The notes beneath the pieces are model-generated. The model was given only the letters and a program-made list of their open reading frames with translations, was not told where the DNA came from and did not search any database. A DNA stretch of 54,763 nt, counting the filler, from Sphacelaria rigidula (taxonomy: Eukaryota): NCBI GenBank assembly GCA_964200075.2. It is 5 parts of 5 records of this genome, joined end to end, with 100 filler letters (N's around TTAATTAATTAA, not from the genome) between each part and the next. Parts side by side here need not be neighbours in the genome. Positions count along the whole stretch, not along the records: positions 10,975 to 21,847 come from CAXNAA020005756.1; positions 21,948 to 32,820 come from CAXNAA020005757.1; 3 more parts are not named here. One strand, given 5' to 3'. The first letter of the stretch is position 1, and each line of letters begins with the position of its first letter. Below are positions 13,735-26,812 of this stretch, piece by piece. Made by a program: the position numbers and the translations under genes.

Positions 13735-14324
13735 GTGAGCGCTGTGTGAGAGCTGATGATCGTTTCCGTGCCTAAATTCCTGTGCATATCCCTGTCATCG
13801 CTTGAGCCTTGATTGCCTGGACGTGAGTGAGCATGGAGACATAATGCGTCGGTTCTGCCATACGTTTCTCGAGATATGACCGAGAGGAGGTCAGGGTAGA
13901 GGATGCGTGCTTCTCCGGTCACGTCCGGCTTCTGCAAACGGTCATGTCTCCAGCAACAGTCGACTGAGGTTCGCGCAATGATGCAAGCTTCATGGTCCTG
14001 AATGTGTGGTTTTCAAGGCTTAAACTTCCTGATCAGAGGGTCGATTGATTGATTGATTGGTTGGCTGTCGCACTATAGCTGACCCCCCAGGGGTCCAGCC
14101 GTGGTTGCATGAAGAGTATGTCATGTATATACACACATACATCTTTAGGAGAACGACGTTCTGCGAGTCGCTATCCACGCCCATCTATCGCTGGACAGAT
14201 ATTCCGTCTCCGATTTCTTTACGACTGGACACTCACGGACATCTGTAATGGTCTAGCGACATCGTGTACTTCATCGAGTTGAACCATGGAGTCTTTCCTT
14301 TTTCTTTTCTCATACTGCCAACCC

Positions 14325-14618
14325 CCCCCCCCCCCTTACTCGCGAGGGTTCATATCCTCGACGGATCAACTTATCAGCTCCCCCCCATACACGCCTTACA
14401 TTTTGGTGCTGCGGATTTGGGCGGCGCCCCCGCGCACCGCGTCTTCTCTCGTCAGCCAAACTTGACTTTCTACGCACGTCCTCACGTCTTCAGTGACGGG
14501 AATCAGACACTTCGAAACAAGCCTAAACCTACATGTGCAGGGAATCGAACCCGAAAATTTGTAACCTCGACTGTTTCAAGCTACACCGTTTTAATTTATG
14601 CCACCGAAGTGCGGCGGC
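14325..14618 (-). mobile_element. tRNA-derived SINE family S1, diverged copy
   Basis: B-box-like GGTTCGATTCCC on the minus strand; body similar to 39064-39355 and 52201-52497. Confidence 0.65.
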
Positions 14619-14769
14619 TTGTCCTGGCACAATGCAGCACTTGCTCTCACGGAGGCGGTTCGGTTACGTGGTCGCCATGTCTGTTCGCGGTGAGAACGTA
14701 CGATCTGGGTGCCACTCGACGTGGATTATCGCGCCTGTTGCGTTTTCCTCTCGCCCTCTTTGTCGGCAG

Positions 14770-14838
14770 GGAAAGGGATGCGAATTCGAGCCAGCGGAGC
14801 CCGAGCCATTTGACGTGGACGGAGCGGTACCGCTAGAG
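14770..14838 (+). CDS. PHYHD1: PHYHD1-like internal exon
   Basis: cag/gtgagg boundaries, 69 nt, phase 0-0, GKGCEFEPAEPEPFDVDGAVPLE; joins in frame to both neighbours. Confidence 0.85.
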
Positions 14839-15316
14839 GTGAGGTTTCGTGTTCATGTGATGGAAGGCGAGCAGCACCCGCGACGCGAGTATCTCAGATG
14901 TTGCTGCCACCTTCCTCACGTAGGTCTGTCTCGCAGCATTTCATAATGATGCGTCGTAAGGATAATTGTTACCCCAGCGCATATTATTTCAGGAACACTG
15001 AAAACTACACTGTTGCTGTGGATGACAGTTCGTCCGTGCTCTTGTGTTTCGATTGCGTCCGCTATTCCCACATAGACACATGGCGTTTGCAAAACTCATC
15101 TGTTTCAATCCACTCGCGAAGCTTTCATTGCTTGTTTCCTTCTTGTGTCTCCACGGAGCCTTTTGTACTGAACATCACCACAGCGTGCCACAACCGTGTC
15201 CGACTCGTATTGTCAGGACACGTATGCTACACCCTTTTTTTCTCCAGGCGACACGTTGTTGTTGCAAGTAGCTCATGTTACGTGACCGATTTTGTGGGTG
15301 TCCTTTGTTCTTGCAG

Positions 15317-15499
15317 GTGAAAGCAGGCACGCTGGTTCTGCTGCACCACTCCCTGGTGCACTACAGCGCGCCAAACAAGTCGGACAAGTCCCGACACGCA
15401 TACTCCATTCACGTGGTTGAAGGCTCAGAAGGTCACGTCTACCCCGAGGACAACTGGCTGCAGCGGCCAAGCGACACGCCGTTTCAGCAGCTGCCTTGA
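15317..15499 (+). CDS. PHYHD1: PHYHD1-like terminal exon
   Basis: ttgcag acceptor, VKAGTLVLLHHSLVHYSAPNKSDKSRHAYSIHVVEG...NWLQRP...*; carries the distal His and the 2-oxoglutarate-binding Arg. The 5' exons were not found and are probably off-contig. Confidence 0.93.
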   Translation: MKAGTLVLLHHSLVHYSAPNKSDKSRHAYSIHVVEGSEGHVYPEDNWLQRPSDTPFQQLP

Positions 15500-15959
15500 A
15501 AGTCACTGAGCGAGAGCCCAGCTCTGCGCGTTCCAAGACCGATGATCTGGGCTACTAAGTGGCATATGTATTCAGTGATTTCTCGATCCGACAAGTTTCG
15601 TCGGCGTTGCTAATGCCAAGCTGCATTTGCTTTTGCTATTTCGCTGCAGAAAAAAAAATGCACCAACTCTCACGACGCCCATTCGAAGTAAAATCGTGCC
15701 TGATTTTGAACGAAACGTGAAGAATCGAATCTTGTGGAACAAAACCAGTGACGATTTTGAACAACGTGACTGCGACGATTTTGAACTTCGGTCAGGGAGC
15801 GCGTGCTAATCAAAATAGGCTCCCCATTTTTGAACCCCCGACCAAAGTCGAGGAGCTGTTGAAAATCGGGTAGAGAACCAAAGTATGGGACATTTCATGT
15901 TTTAAGTTACTGCAGGATAACACACTGACACCCTCTCTCATGTGTTGCAGCTGTGACAG

Positions 15960-16560
15960 TACGGTGGCGTGTTTGGATCTTGCGAAGACGACTTGGTCTC
16001 CGCTGGGATTGCCTGAGCTACTGGACTGTTGCGCTCCGTCTGTACAAAATAATGGTAGTCGGCACGCAGTGCTGTCTAGTCAAGGTTGAAAATGCCATGG
16101 TGTAATTGCTGGGCCTTGTGTCTTCTGCAATGAACAAGGCGCTTCGTGCCCAGACCCATCATCCCTGTGCTGTGGCTGGCACCGTATAGTGTGGTGGGTT
16201 TGAACCCTGCGAAGACGGTTTGATCTGCGCTCGGGATTGCCCGAGGTACTGTACTGCTGTTGTGTCCCGGTTGGTACGAAAATTGTAGTCGGCATGCAAT
16301 CGCCTCCACACACTGTTGAAAGCGTCATCATGGTGTGTTAACTGTTGCGTCTTCTGTGACACGAACGAGGCACTTCGTGCCCACACCCGTCATTCCTATG
16401 CCGTCGTTGTCGCTGATTGTGGCGCGTTTGAAACCTGCGAGGACTGCTCGATCTGCGGTGGACATTGCCTGAGCTACTGTGCTCCTGCTTTGTTCCAGTC
16501 CGAGCAAAATTGGGGGAGGAACGCTATCTGTTCAAAGTTGAAAAAGTAACGTGATGGCTG
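15960..16560. repeat. Degenerate tandem repeat, ~230-bp period, about 2.5-3 copies
   Basis: Recurrent TGCGA(A/G)GAC...ATTGCC(T/C)GAG(C/G)TACTG near 15980, 16205 and 16435; CTTCGTGCCCA(G/C)ACCC near 16142 and 16373. Confidence 0.6.
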
Positions 16561-16609
16561 CGCAGCTGTTTTGTCTTAGGGTGTTGTTGTCCAGGTGCAA
16601 AGCTCATCA

Positions 16610-16877
16610 TTTTCGACATTGTGCCATAAGACATATTCCAGTAACCTGAAGCGCTGCCGGGATGTAGTGACTATCTGGTGTTTCCAAACGTCCTGAAGAG
16701 GTAAAGGAGCCGTAAGTGTCGGCCGCAGGCGATCCGCGATGGCGTTCTGACTGATGTAAAATCCGCAGCAGGTGGGCTAGAAGGTTGAACTGCGGATCGC
16801 AAGGTAAAGCATTCCATCCCCAACAGGTTCGTAAATGATTTAGCATCTATCGCAGATGACGCGAAAGCGATTTTCAC
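16610..16877 (-). mobile_element. Possible decayed PIF/Harbinger-type transposase N-terminal remnant
   Basis: Minus-strand DAKSFTNLLGMECFTLRS...HLRLLYLFRTFG*...NMSYGTMSK loosely resembles the Harbinger pattern F...FRM..TF / L.YL / vS..TvS; interrupted by a stop. Confidence 0.3.
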
Positions 16878-19800
16878 GTGCAGCAGGAAGCGAAAACTGC
16901 TTCAAACTGGGAAAGCACACAGAAAATCTTGCCTACACAGAGACGCATCGAGCGGCGCGAGGTTGGCACAATGGCCTGAGATCAGCTTTCGAGGGTCGAT
17001 CGGTCAAGGGTTGACCCATCGGCATGAAATTTACCGCATCAGGAACATGGATCTGCGGCAGGTTCGGCGTTTCTTCCATTGTCTGAAAGCGCAACATGGA
17101 CTTTCGCGTGCCGCATGAGACGGTAGCTACCCAAAATACATGGGGCAGCTCACGAACTCATTTCGCCTGTACAGACATGCGTTGAGTGGCCCGAAATTAA
17201 TGTGAGCTGAGATCGGTATACGAATTACCGTAGGCGCCATCCGCGATAGAGGGAAATCGGTCCTGCTCAACTCAAAAAAAAAATGAAAATCATTTTTTTG
17301 GTTCGCTGCGCAGAACCCGAAACCGTCGTTTAAAAAAACGGGAGAGAACAAAATCGGTTCGGATCACCGAGAACTTTTTTTTTCGCCGCATTCCCGAACT
17401 TTTTTTTCTCCCCCTCCTCGGCAATCGCTTCCGCGTGGTCGATTTAGGGGGGATAGAGCCACTCAGAAAGTTCTTCACACCAAAACTCCGTTGGGAACAG
17501 GCTCGATAATGAGCGCCGCTGCTGCATACTACCAACTCTTTTCTGCTGTAACACCCTGGCACTGCATGGTACTACTGTTATACCGGAAAGTCTACATCGT
17601 ACAGTATGTATTGTGCCCATCATTACCAGAAAAAAGAATCTCATCCACGGCACCACCGGATGATGAGAGAAAATCCAGGACCTGTACTTGTGAAAACTCT
17701 TCCCTGCTGCAACACCCTGGCACTGCATCGTACTAGTGTGCAATCCCGCGTCGGTTTTTTCAATTCGAGAGCCCACGTTTTAAAATTTGCGGCACGTACG
17801 GATGTTCGCAAACAAAGTGAAGCCTTCACGTAGTCAGTGGTGATACCCTCTGCATCTGCACCCACCACTGTCATGTACGTGCATGTGCATGTGCCCTCGA
17901 ACCCTACAGTGAAGACGGTGTAGCTCTGTACTGGATTGGCAAAGCACAGCTACCTACTGTGCTCGCGAGTACAGCCCGTGCTTGTAACCTGGCGCTGCTG
18001 TATTGTTTATTCTTTCAGAGTACAGCCCGTGCTTATAATGTGGCACTACTGTATTGTCCGTGCTTGCTTTAGTCCAAACCCAACTCGAAAATTGCGTGTG
18101 AGCACGCCACGATTGGCAAAAAAAACGCGGTGAAAGGGGTAAGTGTGTACAACCAGAATCGGTCTGCACACCTTCCACGTTCTTACCGTTTCCCTCGAAC
18201 AGTGCGGATATACTGCACCGCCAGGGTACTGCTTGCATCCATCAGCATGACGGCTGCTGCCGTTGGCATCGGCGCCAGTGCTCGCGGCCACGGCAAGATT
18301 AATTTTGCAACAAGAGAAGCTGATGCATACTGTATACAGTCCGTCTTCAGGTTCTAAAACTAAAACTAAAAAACAGTGCAAAACTGCCGTGTTGTCTAGT
18401 GTTCAGTGCAGTACTCTGCGCTTCATATACCACCGCAGAGTTGTCTTGCGCCGGGTGTACCACCCTGTACTCCGGATAATGGGATAATCTTTTGAGCGGT
18501 TCGTGAAAAGTTCTGTTTGTTTTTCGAAAAGCTCTCGTAAAATCCTGCTCGTTTTTCTGTCACAGAAATCCAATACCGGATCCGGAATAGCCTGAGACAA
18601 CAACCAATTTGAAAATTGGAATTTTGTCCTTTTGCAGTGTTGTCCATAGTCCTTCGGAAATGGGTGGGAGTAGGCAAAACCAAGTTGCTGCATGTATCTG
18701 TCCTTTAGTTTATGCGCGCGGGGGGGGGGGGTTGCCCTCTTGACATTCCGAGAAAGATGACTGCCGAGCGAGATCTTATTGATGGGAGGCCACCTTTTGA
18801 ACAATGATTTTCCAAGAGTTTCCGTGACCAGAAAATATCACAATATGTGAGCTTTACTACGCTAGTTGTGCACGTACCAGGTACCGGAATTCTGACTGAC
18901 ACTTCAGAAACAAACGGGATATAGGCTGTTGGCTATTTTTGTGAGGATTCCCACCCACCGGGGAAAGGCATATGTGTGTGTGCGTGGAGATGCCTTCCAG
19001 CATGAGGTGCTACTGATGCTTAGGCATTCTATTTTTTTATTTCGAAGCGGTTAAAAAAATGCGCAACACACTGATGTACAACCTTGAGCCGTTGTGAAGT
19101 GCGGTCGCAAACAGTTACACCGAGCAAACTCTCCCATATATCTATCTTTGGTTCACATGTACACGTCGGTCCCTCTCACGCGTCCTCCCCCGTGTCTTGA
19201 TGAGACTCGGTCAACAACGCTACTACTGTATTCCCGAAGAGAAATGAAGCGGAACAGGCCGGGTATGCAACGCTATGGACATGGGGACCACCACAAACGC
19301 GTGGACTTACCGACATTCGCACGTCCATGTTTTCGTTCGAATTTGATCATGATTCTGCGCTGTAGCAGGACACCGTTCGTATTCTTGTTTTAGACGAGAA
19401 TATCACTGTTCCATCACACTGCCTCATCAAGATCGTGTTTTGCCGCGAAGAGCAGCGTGAGACGCAGCTGTTGCTCATGTGCGCTTTCTACAAGCTGCCT
19501 ACACCTCATCACCACTCACCATTGTGTGTACCACGAAACTCAAGACAGGGTGGCAGCCGCTAGAAACCGTAGACAGAAACTTGGCGGTAGGGCTAAGTGA
19601 AGAGGTCTCAACTCTTCTCCGAGAGGAAAACACCCCGACCTACTGCAAATTCGTCCGGTTGTATCCGAGCACTTTCTCCCCTTGCCCCACGTCCCCGGCC
19701 ACTACGGGCAGTGTGTACTTTTACGACAATGCTCCACCATATGGGTACGTGACACCACGTAGGGTGGTATCGACCTTCTATGGAGTTTAGGTTTCAATCC

Positions 19801-20276
19801 TTTGGCGCAGGTGGCGATCACGGAAGCCGTACGCTTGGCTTTTCAAGCCCGCCATCAGGTCAATACATAGCCACTTGTCTCCTGAGCACTCGTGTGAATC
19901 TCGAAGAGGAATATGCCATGCGCGGTCCACTACCTGACAGCCGAGCGATAGGATGCAGGGGGCACGATTACGTACAGAGAGTGTACCTTTATGAATGTCT
20001 TGAGTCTCGTTCGTGTCTGCTGGGAGGATTTCTTTCAGGTACTACACGACGTATGGTGTAAAACAAATACGTCCACCACGCAGTCACCGTGGTTATCGGT
20101 TGATGAACAAACTCACGGAAGATAACCTACAGCATCAGCTGGATACGAAAGAGAGAGATAGGCAGACAGACAGACAGGCAGAGTCAAACAAACACTACAG
20201 CTCAATTGTGGGTCACCATATCGACAACCTGCGGAATCTTGTTCCGCTGTGCAATCACACACACACACACACACAC

Positions 20277-20454
20277 CTGCATATCTCGTGTGAAGGCCGG
20301 GACGTCCAATACAACTACCCTGCTCTGTTCAACCGGATTCGGCTTGGCAGGGTCCGGCGCGGTTCCGTCGTCCTTGCCGTCTTCGTTTCCACCTGGGGAG
20401 TCCTTAACTGGTGAGGTCGTCCAATGGAAACCCCGCACCTGTGAATTCCTCCAC
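20277..20454 (-). CDS. Exon of an unidentified protein, possibly a presequence/linker leading into a lipoyl-like domain
   Basis: Pyrimidine-rich ccag acceptor and gtgtgt donor; open frame WRNSQVRGFHWTTSPVKD...SRVVVLDVPAFTRDMQ. The end weakly resembles the lipoyl-domain start I.MP.L...M. Confidence 0.5.
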
Positions 20455-21847
20455 CTGGACAAGTCCAGAGAACGGATACACAAAGTGCGAGGCACACTGC
20501 TAGAGCACATGGCTGTCGGATGATTATAGCGTACCGTAGCGAGATGGTACAGCCGGCATAAGGACAGGCTGAAGAATGCAGGAAGCCGTCGTCAATCCAT
20601 GCACAAGGTTCAGCAACAGTGAATATGACACCTGGTATGTGCGATTTTGCCAAAGCAGCAGATCGCCTCAAGTGAAATTAACGAGTGCCCTACTTTGCAC
20701 CACACGTCCGAACGAAAGCACGAGTAATAACTTCTGGGTGTGCTTAGCATATGCTGCAGGGCGCCCGGTGTTTTGCATGAATCGATCTGCTACCAACGTT
20801 TGAGTGGTTCCTTCTCAACTTGACGCAATATCTGACATACAGTAACGTTTCGTCAAGTCGTGTGTAAACCGGACAGATACATGTCAATATTTGGGACTCC
20901 AATTTGACCAAAATTTCCGTGGGTTCCGTCGCCGGGAATGGAATAGGACTGCTCTATCTTCATGACAGGGTTTCGCCCCCGCGCATACGTATTCACGGGA
21001 TCGTTACTGATGCAATAATTGATTGATCGACGTTCGGGCACCAACCGGTCCTTCACAAACCCAGCTGCGGTCACGAGGTAGAATTACCCAATATATTTTA
21101 AATGAAGGAAAACACATGCTGAAGGGAAGGCATCCAAGGAAAGGATCATACTATTTGACAAAGTGCGAAAAAAAGAAGAAGAGTTTAACTGGTGTAGACC
21201 CGAGGCTATGAACTGGTACAAGTGCCGGGGTAACTCCTGATGAGCCCCTGCCAGGACTTGACGTAAGGAGGCCGTATAACAAACAAGGGGTGTGAAGGTT
21301 GTGATGAAGCTGTACGGAGACACTATTATTACATGTCGTGCCACATAACTGTATTTGCTCGTTCACGCGTGTAGTAGTGTCGTGTGATGTGCTCGCTGTC
21401 ATGCCGAACATCAGCAGATTGATTGGTGCTGCACAAAGTGTTGGGTCAGGTTTCCTCCTCCTGTCGAGGAAAAATAATACTCCGGAGTAATAAACAATGC
21501 AGCAACGCAATGAATCTAGCTGTCGTCATTGGGTACAAGTTAGATGTACCCAAGGTACACGGACAAGATATTTCCTGAAGGGAACTCGCGAAGAGGAAGT
21601 ATGAAAAAAAGAGAGGGAGATAAAAAATCAAGATAGTAAGATTAGACAGCAAAAAAAAAGGAGAGGAAAAGGAAGAGGAAAAGGAAGAGGAAATGAAGAA
21701 AATGAATAGGGAAAAACAAGAAAACGCGAGTCTGGGATGCGGGATCGATCCTGACACTTTCTACGACAGCCCCCCCCCAAAATGAGCTGCGGAAGGAAAG
21801 TAATGAGCGCCAGAATGTTGGAGGTGTCTCTGTCAGGAGTAGGAAAG

Positions 21848-21947
21848 NNNNNNNNNNNNNNNNNNNNNNNNNNNNNNNNNNNNNNNNNNNNTTAATTAAT
21901 TAANNNNNNNNNNNNNNNNNNNNNNNNNNNNNNNNNNNNNNNNNNNN
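21848..21947. other. Artificial contig linker
   Basis: Same N44-TTAATTAATTAA-N44 structure. Confidence 0.98.
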
Positions 21948-22324
21948 CTACTTCGGGGGGGTGGGGGGGGGGGGGGAGGGGGGGGGGGGGTACGGTAACA
22001 CCTAAATTGAGGCAGTCAGGCGCAAGCACACCTGCGAAACTGACGCTGGTTTACGTGTTGAGGGTATCTTACTCAACTCGAATCAAGGGTGTGTAAGTTT
22101 CGAGAGATGCAAACAATTTGACCGCGAGTCAGAAAGTCGCACTCATTTCGAAGCCCGTAACTATAAAGTACCAATGGGGCGACTGGGTGTTGAAATTACG
22201 TGGAGAGAGAGAAGAGGGTATAAGAACATCCTTTTAATATATTGTTTTCGAAAGTGCCGGTAGAGCATAATTCCAGATTTCCACGCGCGGAAACACTTTC
22301 AGTTTGCCCAAACGTTGGCAAAAA

Positions 22325-22405
22325 CTACGCTTTTTCGGCCTTTCGGCGTCTCCATTGCTGCGCTCGTCGCTTTGCATAGCCCCGTGCATCCTTGTCTTCC
22401 GTTGC
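22325..22405 (-). CDS. Putative terminal exon, hypothetical protein
   Basis: gtcag acceptor, ATEDKDARGYAKRRAQQWRRRKAEKA*. Confidence 0.45.
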   Translation of the reverse strand, partial: ATEDKDARGYAKRRAQQWRRRKAEKA

Positions 22406-23054
22406 CTGACACGAGCGACAGGGACGGTGGTACCCCCAGTTAAATTGGTGGGAGTAGGGAGTAGAAACGAGGGGGGGGGGGACACCAATATATATGTATA
22501 TATTGGTGTGTTCAGGAGTGGGATGAGTTTTCACCTTCAGCAATTGGGATTATATTTACTTCAGCGCTCACCCTCGGCTCCTCGCCGTACAGTCCTACAT
22601 TTTTATTTCGGGACAACGGAGCGACAAAGCGCTGCAGATACAACATCGCCTGGAAAAGGCCTGCCACGAATCAGAGCTTCGTTGAGGGGGGGCGGGGTCC
22701 AGTGTATGGAAATGCCCACACGCTGAACAGGAACTCCGCATGCTAGCGCGGGTCATGATGTTCGCTGGATACAACCATCCTCCTCCCCCCCTCCCACCCA
22801 CGATGCTCTCCGTCTCGAAAGGGGTGCGTGGTCAATGGCCAACGAGCGAGGCATGTAACAAATGAGTACACCCCTTCCTCCCCTAATACAGGGTAGGGGT
22901 TAAGTACGAGAGTAGTAAAACGAGCAAGGGTCATGATCCAAATCAGTCGCATGAGGGAGGGGTTGGTGAAGCCCGCCCCTGCCTTGCCCCCCCCCCCCAA
23001 AAAAAAACACCCAATGTCAACTTCAGGGGTCTAGTTGCCTGGATCTCAACTCAC

Positions 23055-23122
23055 GGGCATCGTAATATTCCTTCGCTCATCCGAGTATTTTTCGCGCCGA
23101 ACTTGGAAGACTTTTTGCTTGC
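23055..23122 (-). CDS. Putative internal exon, hypothetical protein
   Basis: ttctcag/gtgagt boundaries; KQKVFQVRREKYSDERRNITMP, phase 1-0. Confidence 0.4.
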
Positions 23123-23596
23123 CTGAGAAATTGCTGGACCGACTTGGGGAAATAAGCAGCAAAAAACGCAAAGAATGCGGAAAACGCTCTCTACTTCGCT
23201 CATTTGCTTGAAACTACGCCGCGTATGCACCGTGTCCGAACGCACTTGGATAGGTCATCATCTCTTGTTTTTTGTGAAAGCCGCCAAAACGTCCTCAAAT
23301 TTAGCCGCGAGTGATATGGAATGGCGCTAAGATTGTCTCATTTCTGACCAGAAATTGTGTGGAAGACGTGAGTTTCCTATTTTTCTCACCAGCTTCGTCT
23401 TCATTCCGTCTTTCTAACGAACCCAACCACGGCATCGTCACCTACACTGTTCCACGATTCAATCCGCACCACCTCATGACAAAAGATAACTCATGGAATA
23501 ACTCATATATTTTGGTTTTGGGCCCTGCTCTTTCGGTGCTGCACTTACACTTGAAAATGGCAAACCTTTTCTTCCACCCCTTTCCGAAGCAATTAA

Positions 23597-24760
23597 CCCT
23601 TCTGGGACCGGGCCACCAGAACGACCAACGAGACTGGTTAGGAATGACGTGTCTTGCGTCTGCACAAAACAGTGGGGTGTTGCTGATAATCCGCGTATGT
23701 CACCGCAGGGTTATGACGAAGACCGAAATTTCCATCTTATCTATTTTCAGGTGCAAGGTGCGCATCAGGTAGTGTACATCTGACGTAGCAGGCAGTATGG
23801 GTCGCGGTAGAGAGCTTCCAAGATAATGCGGCGACCGGCGGGCCGCCTGCCACTCGTGGCATTGGATGATATTGTTGTCCTCATCAACTTGCCACACAGC
23901 CCTTTGTGGTCGGGGTGGGCCGCCATTTCCCCCTTTGCTGCATGCGGCAATTTCTTTTCGAAGGGTATCAGTGTTGCAGCGCGCATGCATACAACAGTAT
24001 AGTACAGTACAAGTACAGTGTAGCACACACGTCTCTCCGACTGCAGCAGCAGCTGCCACTGCATACTTCCTTGCACTATTGGGCAATTCTCAGCTACCGA
24101 GATCAACTACCTTTACACCGCTTCTTCATCCCCACCCAATACAGTACATATATGTTAACTGCACACTACAAGTCATCGGCAGAGGAATAAGCAGAATTCA
24201 TGACGGTAGCTCCTCTTGTCTATTCATGGCTCACCTGGGTTCAGTGCCTCGTGAAAATGACCACATTGTAGCATGTACACTCCTTCCCGATTTTTTCCGG
24301 TCCACCCTGTGTTGATGTAAATTACTACGTTTCAGTAGGGAATTGGGACCCAAAAAACACTCCGGAAAAACTCGGCAACGCTGTGCTGAGTGCAAGTGAT
24401 ACCATGAAACCAAGCTGCGACCACTTAACTTGTACTTAATATGCTAGCACGGTTTTTGAAGAATTCGTTGATCTTGAAAATAATGTTGGGTCGCTATTTT
24501 GTAAAACCGTGCTAGCATAATAAGTCTAGCGAGCACCCTGCTCTTGGAAACCTAGGGAGGCTTATCTGGGCCAAGAATAGGGCCCCCACACGATCTTTGC
24601 AGTGGAATCACACTCGCCAACAATCCCCGAGCTGGTCGTTCGGGCCTAGTCGAAACATTTCGCCTCGCCGTGGTTGCGCAGGTCGCTCGAAGACTTATTT
24701 TGCATCATTCCAGTAACACAAGGCCAACCCTGTGTTAGTCGGGGTCCGGTCCCAAAAGGG
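23597..24760. mobile_element. Non-autonomous piggyBac element, 1164 bp
   Basis: TTAA|CCCTTCTGGGACCGGGCC ... GGTCCGGTCCCAAAAGGG|TTAA: 18-bp TIR with 2 mismatches and perfect TTAA on both sides. Confidence 0.85.
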
Positions 24761-25235
24761 TTAAGGAATATCGGCAAAATTACGAAACACAAATAAGAAC
24801 AGAAATGACGAGAACGAATCAGATCAAGTTTCCTTGTTTTTTTATCCGCCGCAATAAATTTCTTGAGACGTGGCCCTGAGACACACACACCGCTTCGAAA
24901 CCTTGTTTCGCCCACGAGCAAATCACCCACCCTCACCTTCATTCCAATCCCATATATTATATGACGACGGAGAAGGAAACGATAGTATATTAACAACAGT
25001 ATACTTTGACACTATTATAGAACGGTACAATCATGGAACAACCAAAGTCAGTTTTACGATGACGGGTAGTTGACCTTTCCTGAGCTGGACGCTGACGTAG
25101 ACCCCATCCGAAAGTCGAGCTCGGCACACTAGGCAGATGACCCTTTTTGCTACTCATCCGCGGAAGAAGTGCAGTACTGACAAATGACATTTTTTTTCTT
25201 CTGTCGAGTATTTGCGTTGTATAACTCGTTCTTAC

Positions 25236-25406
25236 CCCCTCCCTGATGTCGACAACCCTGGCCCTAAATCCACAGGAAATAGGAGGCGGAGCAAGGTGGA
25301 CAATAGGTGTCCCCCATACCCAAGAGGTCGACTCTTCATTCTCCATAGACGAAGACACGGCTATCGTGTGTACCGCCCCCGTATTGTCGCCAACCACAGT
25401 CAACAC
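25236..25406 (-). CDS. Internal exon, hypothetical (possibly beta-propeller-like) protein
   Basis: ccag/gtaaga boundaries, 171 nt, phase 0-0, VLTVVGDNTGAVHTIAVSSSMENEESTSWVWGTPIVHLAPPPISCGFRARVVDIREG. Confidence 0.6.
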
Positions 25407-26812
25407 CTGGATTTGTGAGTTATTCGAGGGCACGGGAAGTGGGGAAGTGGATGGGGAGGGCCCGGGGGGGGGGGGGGGACTGAGCACGGACCGGGGACGA
25501 GTGGAGAATGGCTGACATAAACAGAAAGCGGACACGCAGGGTCTCGAATTTCAGGACTGTTGTGTAAATAGCCGCGCGGCATCGAACGAGGTTGTGGATG
25601 AGTTGTGGCGGTTGCAGAGCGGAGTACATGCTGTGGGTATCTGTGTGTGCTCTACTGTACTCACATGGAATTATTGAGAGGAGAGGAGCGCACGTGTCTA
25701 GCTTGCCGTTTTTTGTAAATTCATATACAGGCGGACAAACGGACAGAGAGACAAGAGACAGAGGCAGACAGAGAGAGTATATGAGGACATAGTTTTGGGG
25801 ACGTGACTCGAGTCTTGAGAACGAAGGTTGAATGTACGCACAGCATCACAAAAGAGTTCCATGAAATAATCACGATCATGTCGGTGCATAACGTGGGCAT
25901 GCTTAATGCTAGAGTGTGGTGGTACGGTCTTTCATCGTTCACTTAGGTTTTGAGTTCCAATGCGCTTTTCCAGTACATTGAATTGAATCTTGTCATTTTG
26001 TCGCGCAAACTGCTCGTGTCAAATACCGTGTGTAAGTGACATGTCCATGGTTATATGATCATAAATCGCGCAAATCGATCATCTCCGTGTCATGAAAGCT
26101 ATGCTCTGCTTGCTTTGATGATGAGTGTATGTGGGCACCACTTTTGGATAATATCATCATACAATACAGGTATAATTGGATCGTGCACAACGATCCTAGA
26201 ACAGAAGAGCAAAAACCACAAGGCAGAAGATACCAAGCTGCAGGCGACGGCAGCGAGCAATGATTGATGAATCTTGAAGGAACGTCGAAAATGTTGCCAG
26301 TTCGTTACGTGTGACAATGTGTTTTCAAATTTCAAGCAAAAACAACATATTCGGAAAGGATTGTGTTCACTCTGCTTGCGGTCGTACATGCATCATATGT
26401 CCGAAGAGTCTCGTGTCATCTGACTGAGAAAATATCTATATCATGTCTGGCAATTATCCTGCCGGACAAGGCCTAGGCGTATTCGTGCGGAGGACGAGGA
26501 CGCTGAACTTCGCTTCGCTCATCCATAGAAAGCGGCACGACGTACGCCTGTGTTGGGCAGGGCTTGGTTATAGCATAGCCAAGGTATGACGAGTGGAAAG
26601 GACGCGGGGGGGGAGGGGGGGGGGAGAGATGATTGCTTGACGTGTTGACCCATCACCCCTCTCCTGCGAAAATCATCTCCATGCACTGTACTAAGAAGCG
26701 CTTTTTTTTTTGCATCCTGTTCTACTGCTGTTTATCCATCCATTCCGAAACGTATTTCGCAGCTCCAAGCAGTTTTTTTTTCCTTTCTGTGTTTCACCTT
26801 TTTGTTGGCCAG

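Noticed and set aside
19479..20061. Tc1/mariner transposase from a DNAP-like motif (VYFYDNAPP)
   Set aside because: A single short motif, with no other DDE context and no TIRs found.
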